Assembly (NCBI GenBank): GCA_028534125.1
Contig: CM052817.1
Span: forward strand, 103,046,001 to 103,110,000
From: Lama glama
Lineage: Eukaryota
Reading direction: 5' to 3'
DNA: 64,000 nucleotides
Positions 60,521 to 64,000 of the stretch are shown here, piece after piece. Position 1 is the first letter of the stretch, and every line of letters starts with the position of its first letter. The notes beneath the pieces were generated by a model. That model worked only from the letters and a program-made list of their open reading frames with translations, was not told the origin of the DNA and made no database searches. A program made the translations under genes and the position numbers.

Positions 60521-63360
60521 CTATACCAGAAAAGTTCTATATCTGTCAAAGAAATTGAATTCATAGACACCCCCAAAGAAGAAAATTTTAGGCCTAAATG
60601 GCTTCAATGGCAGATTTTACCTAGTTTAAAAAAGAAACAATATAAATCATACATAATGTCATTTAGAAAATAAAAGAGAATGAACTCATTTTATAACCTC
60701 AGCATTACCCTTATTCTAAAACCAAAGACATTGCAAAAAAAAAAATGAAGACTAATGTCTTTCATAATCATATATGCAAACATCTTTAGCAAAACATTAA
60801 CAAATCAAGTTCGACAATACAAAATGTAATAATACAACATGACCAACAGGTTTATCTCAAGAATGCAGGACTGGCTGAACATTGAAAAAAATCAGTCAAT
60901 ACAATTCATATCATCAGATTAAGGAAGAAAAATCATATAATCATTTCAAAAAATGCAGAAAAGCATTTGATAAAATCTAACACCTATCCATGAAAAAAAA
61001 GGCTTAGCAAACTGAGAACTAATTTGGAAACTAGTAAGGAACTTCCTTGACTTAATAAAGGACTTTGTTATAGGACGGGGAAATTTGGACACAGAGACAC
61101 CGGGAATGTGGGCACACAGAAAAGGCCATGAGAGGTCACAGCAAGAAGGCAGCCATCTGCAAGCCAAGGACAGAGGCCTCAGAAGAAATCAGACCAGTTG
61201 GCATCCTGATCTTGGACTTCTGCCCTTTGGACCTGAGAGGAATTCCTGTTGTTTAAGCCATCTAGTCTGGGGTACGTTGTTACAGGAGCCCTAGCAAACT
61301 AATTCCCAAAAATCCAACAGCTAACATCACACTTCATGGTGAAAGATTGAATTCTTAGCTATGAAGACTGAGATCAAGGCAAGGACATCCTCTTTCATAA
61401 CCACTATTCACATTCATAGTGAAAGTCCTAAGCAATGCAATAACATAAGAAAAATAAATAACCAGTACTGGATTGGAAAGGGAGAAATGACACGGTCTCT
61501 ATTTATACTCTATGTAATTTGTACACAATCCTAATGAATCTATGAAAAAACTCCTCTAACAAGTGAATTTAAGAAGGTCACAAGATACATGGCCAATATA
61601 AAAAAGTTCTATTTCTCTATATTAGCAATGATCAATTGAAATGGAAATGAAATTGGTACAGTTAACAATAACACCAAAAAATAAAATACTTAGGTGTAAG
61701 TCTGTAAAATTATGTGCAGAGTCTATATGCTGAAAACTACATAGACTGATGAAAATTATCAAATAAGATCTAAATAAGTAGAAAGATACCCTGTGTTCAT
61801 GGATTGAAGACTAATTATTGTTAATATGTTAATTTTCTTTGTGATCTATAGATTTAATGCACTCTCAATCAAAATCTAAAACAAAAAATATTTTTGTAGC
61901 TAGTGATAAACTGATTCTATAATTTATATGGAAAGAGGCTAGAATAGCCTTTAAACAAAACACCTTTAAATGTCAAGAAAATGATGGAAGAACTCACCCA
62001 ATTTCAAGACTTACTATAAAGTTACAGAAATCTGTGTGGTGTTGGTGAAATTATAGATGCATAGAGCACATAGACCAGAATAGAGAGTACAGAAACAGAC
62101 CCACAATAATATGGTTTTTATTAACAAATGTGCTAAGGCAGTTCAGTGAAGAAAAGATAATCTTTTCAACAAAAGGTGCTGAAATGATTGAACAACCATA
62201 GGCCTCCCCCCCCAAAAGTACCTTGACTCATACCTTGTACTTTATACAAAAAATGACTCCAAATGGATCATAGACTTAAGTATGAAACCTATAAGTGTAA
62301 AAATTCTAACAGAAAACATAGGAGACAATATTTGTGACTTTGAATGATGTAAAGAGTTTTTAGAATTAGCTCTTTGGTGACTTTGTGATGGAAAAGCACA
62401 ATTAAAATTTGATAAACTGGACTTCATCAAAATTAAAAACTTCTTTGCAAAAGTCACTTTTAAGAAAATGAAAAAAAAAAACACGGGCATGGCAAAAAAC
62501 ACTTCAAATCACACATCTGGTAAAGATATGATACATCTTTCATATATATGAAAACTCTTAAGTAATAGAAAGTAAACACTCAATTAAAAATGGCAAAAAG
62601 ATTAGATCAGACTCTTCATCAAACAACACACACAGATGGCAAATAAGTGCATAAAAGATGAATCATTAGAAAAATGCAGATTAAAATTATATCACTATAC
62701 ACATACTAGGGGAGCAAAAAACAATCAGATGAACAACAGAAAAAAAAAACCCAACAGTAACAGTTGCTGGAGAGACTATACACAAGTGGAGCTTCCATAT
62801 ATTGCCAGTGGAAATGCAAAATGAGAGCCAGACACTTAGAAAACAGTTCAGAAGTTCCTCGTAAAGGTCAGTATACACCTGCTACATTACCTAAAACTTC
62901 ATTCCACAGTGTTACACTCAAAAGAAGTGATAACTTAAGTTCCCACAAAACATTTCACAGGTGTTTTATTCACAATTTTCTCAACTGGAAGTAACACAAA
63001 TGCCCTTCAAGGGGGAATCTTATAAACATTTATGGAAATTCCATACAATGGAATTCTATGGGGCTATAAGAAGGAAGAAATTGTTACTAAATGCAGCAAC
63101 ATAGATGAACGTCAAGTGCACTACACTGAATGAAAGTAGCCAGACTCACAAGACAGCATAGATGATATCAATTTTTGGAAAAGGGAAATTTATAGGAAGA
63201 GAAAATGGGTCAGTGATTTTGAGGGGCTGGTCATAGAGGGCATTTTGGGGAGTGATGCAGCTGTCCCATATCTGGATTATTGTATGTCAAATTCATAGAA
63301 CTATACATCAAAAAGAGTACACTTAAATGTATGTAAATTAAAAAGTGTATAAAGCAAAAC
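60521..63360 (+). mobile_element. Old L1M ORF2 and 3' UTR (degenerate)
   Basis: GGCCTAAATGGCTTCAATGG, AATGCAGAAAAAGCATTTGATAAAATCTAACACC, TGTTCATGGATTGAAGAC, CCAAATGGATCATAGACTTAA, CCATACAATGGAAT. Confidence 0.9.
61068..61305 (+). mobile_element. MLT1A/B-type LTR fragment within the L1
   Basis: GGAAATTTGGACACAGAGAC...GAAGGCAGCCATCTGCAAGCCAAGGACAGAGGCCTCAGAAGAAA...GTTGTTTAAGCCA...GCCCTAGCAAACTAAT. Confidence 0.9.
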
Positions 63361-63556
63361 AAAAAATCATTGTTCTATGAAGAGGTGATCAAAAATATCA
63401 GATAAAAATAGGAAAAAATATTGTAGACATGTGTTAGGTAATTAATAGAATTTTTTTGTGTGTATTTTTGATGTTTTTGGTGTTAATTTAAAAATTTTGT
63501 TATGTTATAGTTTCCTTTTTTTCCCCCACAAAAGGAAACTTGGATCAGCCTCTTGG
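63361..63556 (+). mobile_element. hAT-Tip100 (Zaphod-like) relic, right piece and terminus
   Basis: AAATCATTGTTCTATGAAGAGGTGATCAAA (KSLFYEEVIK) continues the left piece. CCCCACAAAA...CTTGGATCAGCCTC resembles the recalled element end. Confidence 0.6.
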
Positions 63557-63635
63557 CATTTAATAAGTGCTTGTTTAAAGAAGTAAGTAATGATCTACAG
63601 ATCTAACAAAATACTAACCTGTATTAGTAAGAATA

Positions 63636-63766
63636 TACTTAATACTTATACTATTATTAACACCAATACTTAAACTATTATTAATGCTTATACTATTATT
63701 AATACTAATACTACTTAAAGAATACTTATACTTATACTATTATTAATACTAATACTACTTAAAGAA
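63636..63766. repeat. AT-rich minisatellite with an exact 36-bp duplication
   Basis: CTTATACTATTATTAATACTAATACTACTTAAAGAA at 63687-63722 and 63731-63766, with further partial TACTATTATTAA units upstream. Confidence 0.9.
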
Positions 63767-64000
63767 ACCATTCTTTAAACTTTTTGAATTCTATGCATAT
63801 ATCTCAATTTAATTTTTAAATTGAGGAAAGTCTTGACACTTGCAGGGTTTCCATAAAAGGGAACAGAGAAAGTAAGAAATCATGTACTTAATTTTGCCTT
63901 TCTTTTTTTGTTGTTATTGTTCATCTCAACTCTTTCTACATATGAGAATCTAATTTAACATTCTGCAGTTGTGTTCATTTATGACTTCATTTTAACACAA

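Overview
Mammalian genomic DNA: AT-rich, CpG-depleted, dominated by transposable-element relics, with two placeholder gaps of exactly 500 N (2675-3174, 41412-41911). I found no intact protein-coding gene, RNA gene or CRISPR array. The ORF track consists of L1 ORF2 fragments, ERVL pol fragments, antisense shadows, low-complexity ORFs and N-gap artefacts. The young L1 3' UTRs and the lack of recognisable Alu, B1/B2, SINEC, BovA/Bov-tA or PRE1 SINEs suggest a camelid-like artiodactyl; this is inference, not a database result. Main content: a degenerate minus-strand ERVL provirus piece (MLT2 LTR, dUTPase, integrase, RNase H) carrying a ~715-bp host-mRNA-like segment, many L1 copies of different ages, three solo ERV1-type LTRs with TSDs, MaLR LTRs, MIR/L2 relics, hAT relics, microsatellites and a few non-repetitive motif-dense blocks that may be enhancers. 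I do not see a convincing undescribed biological system. The best leads are the mRNA-like segment inside the ERVL and several unusual retrotransposition structures. Family names come from recalled consensus sequences, and boundaries of old elements are approximate.
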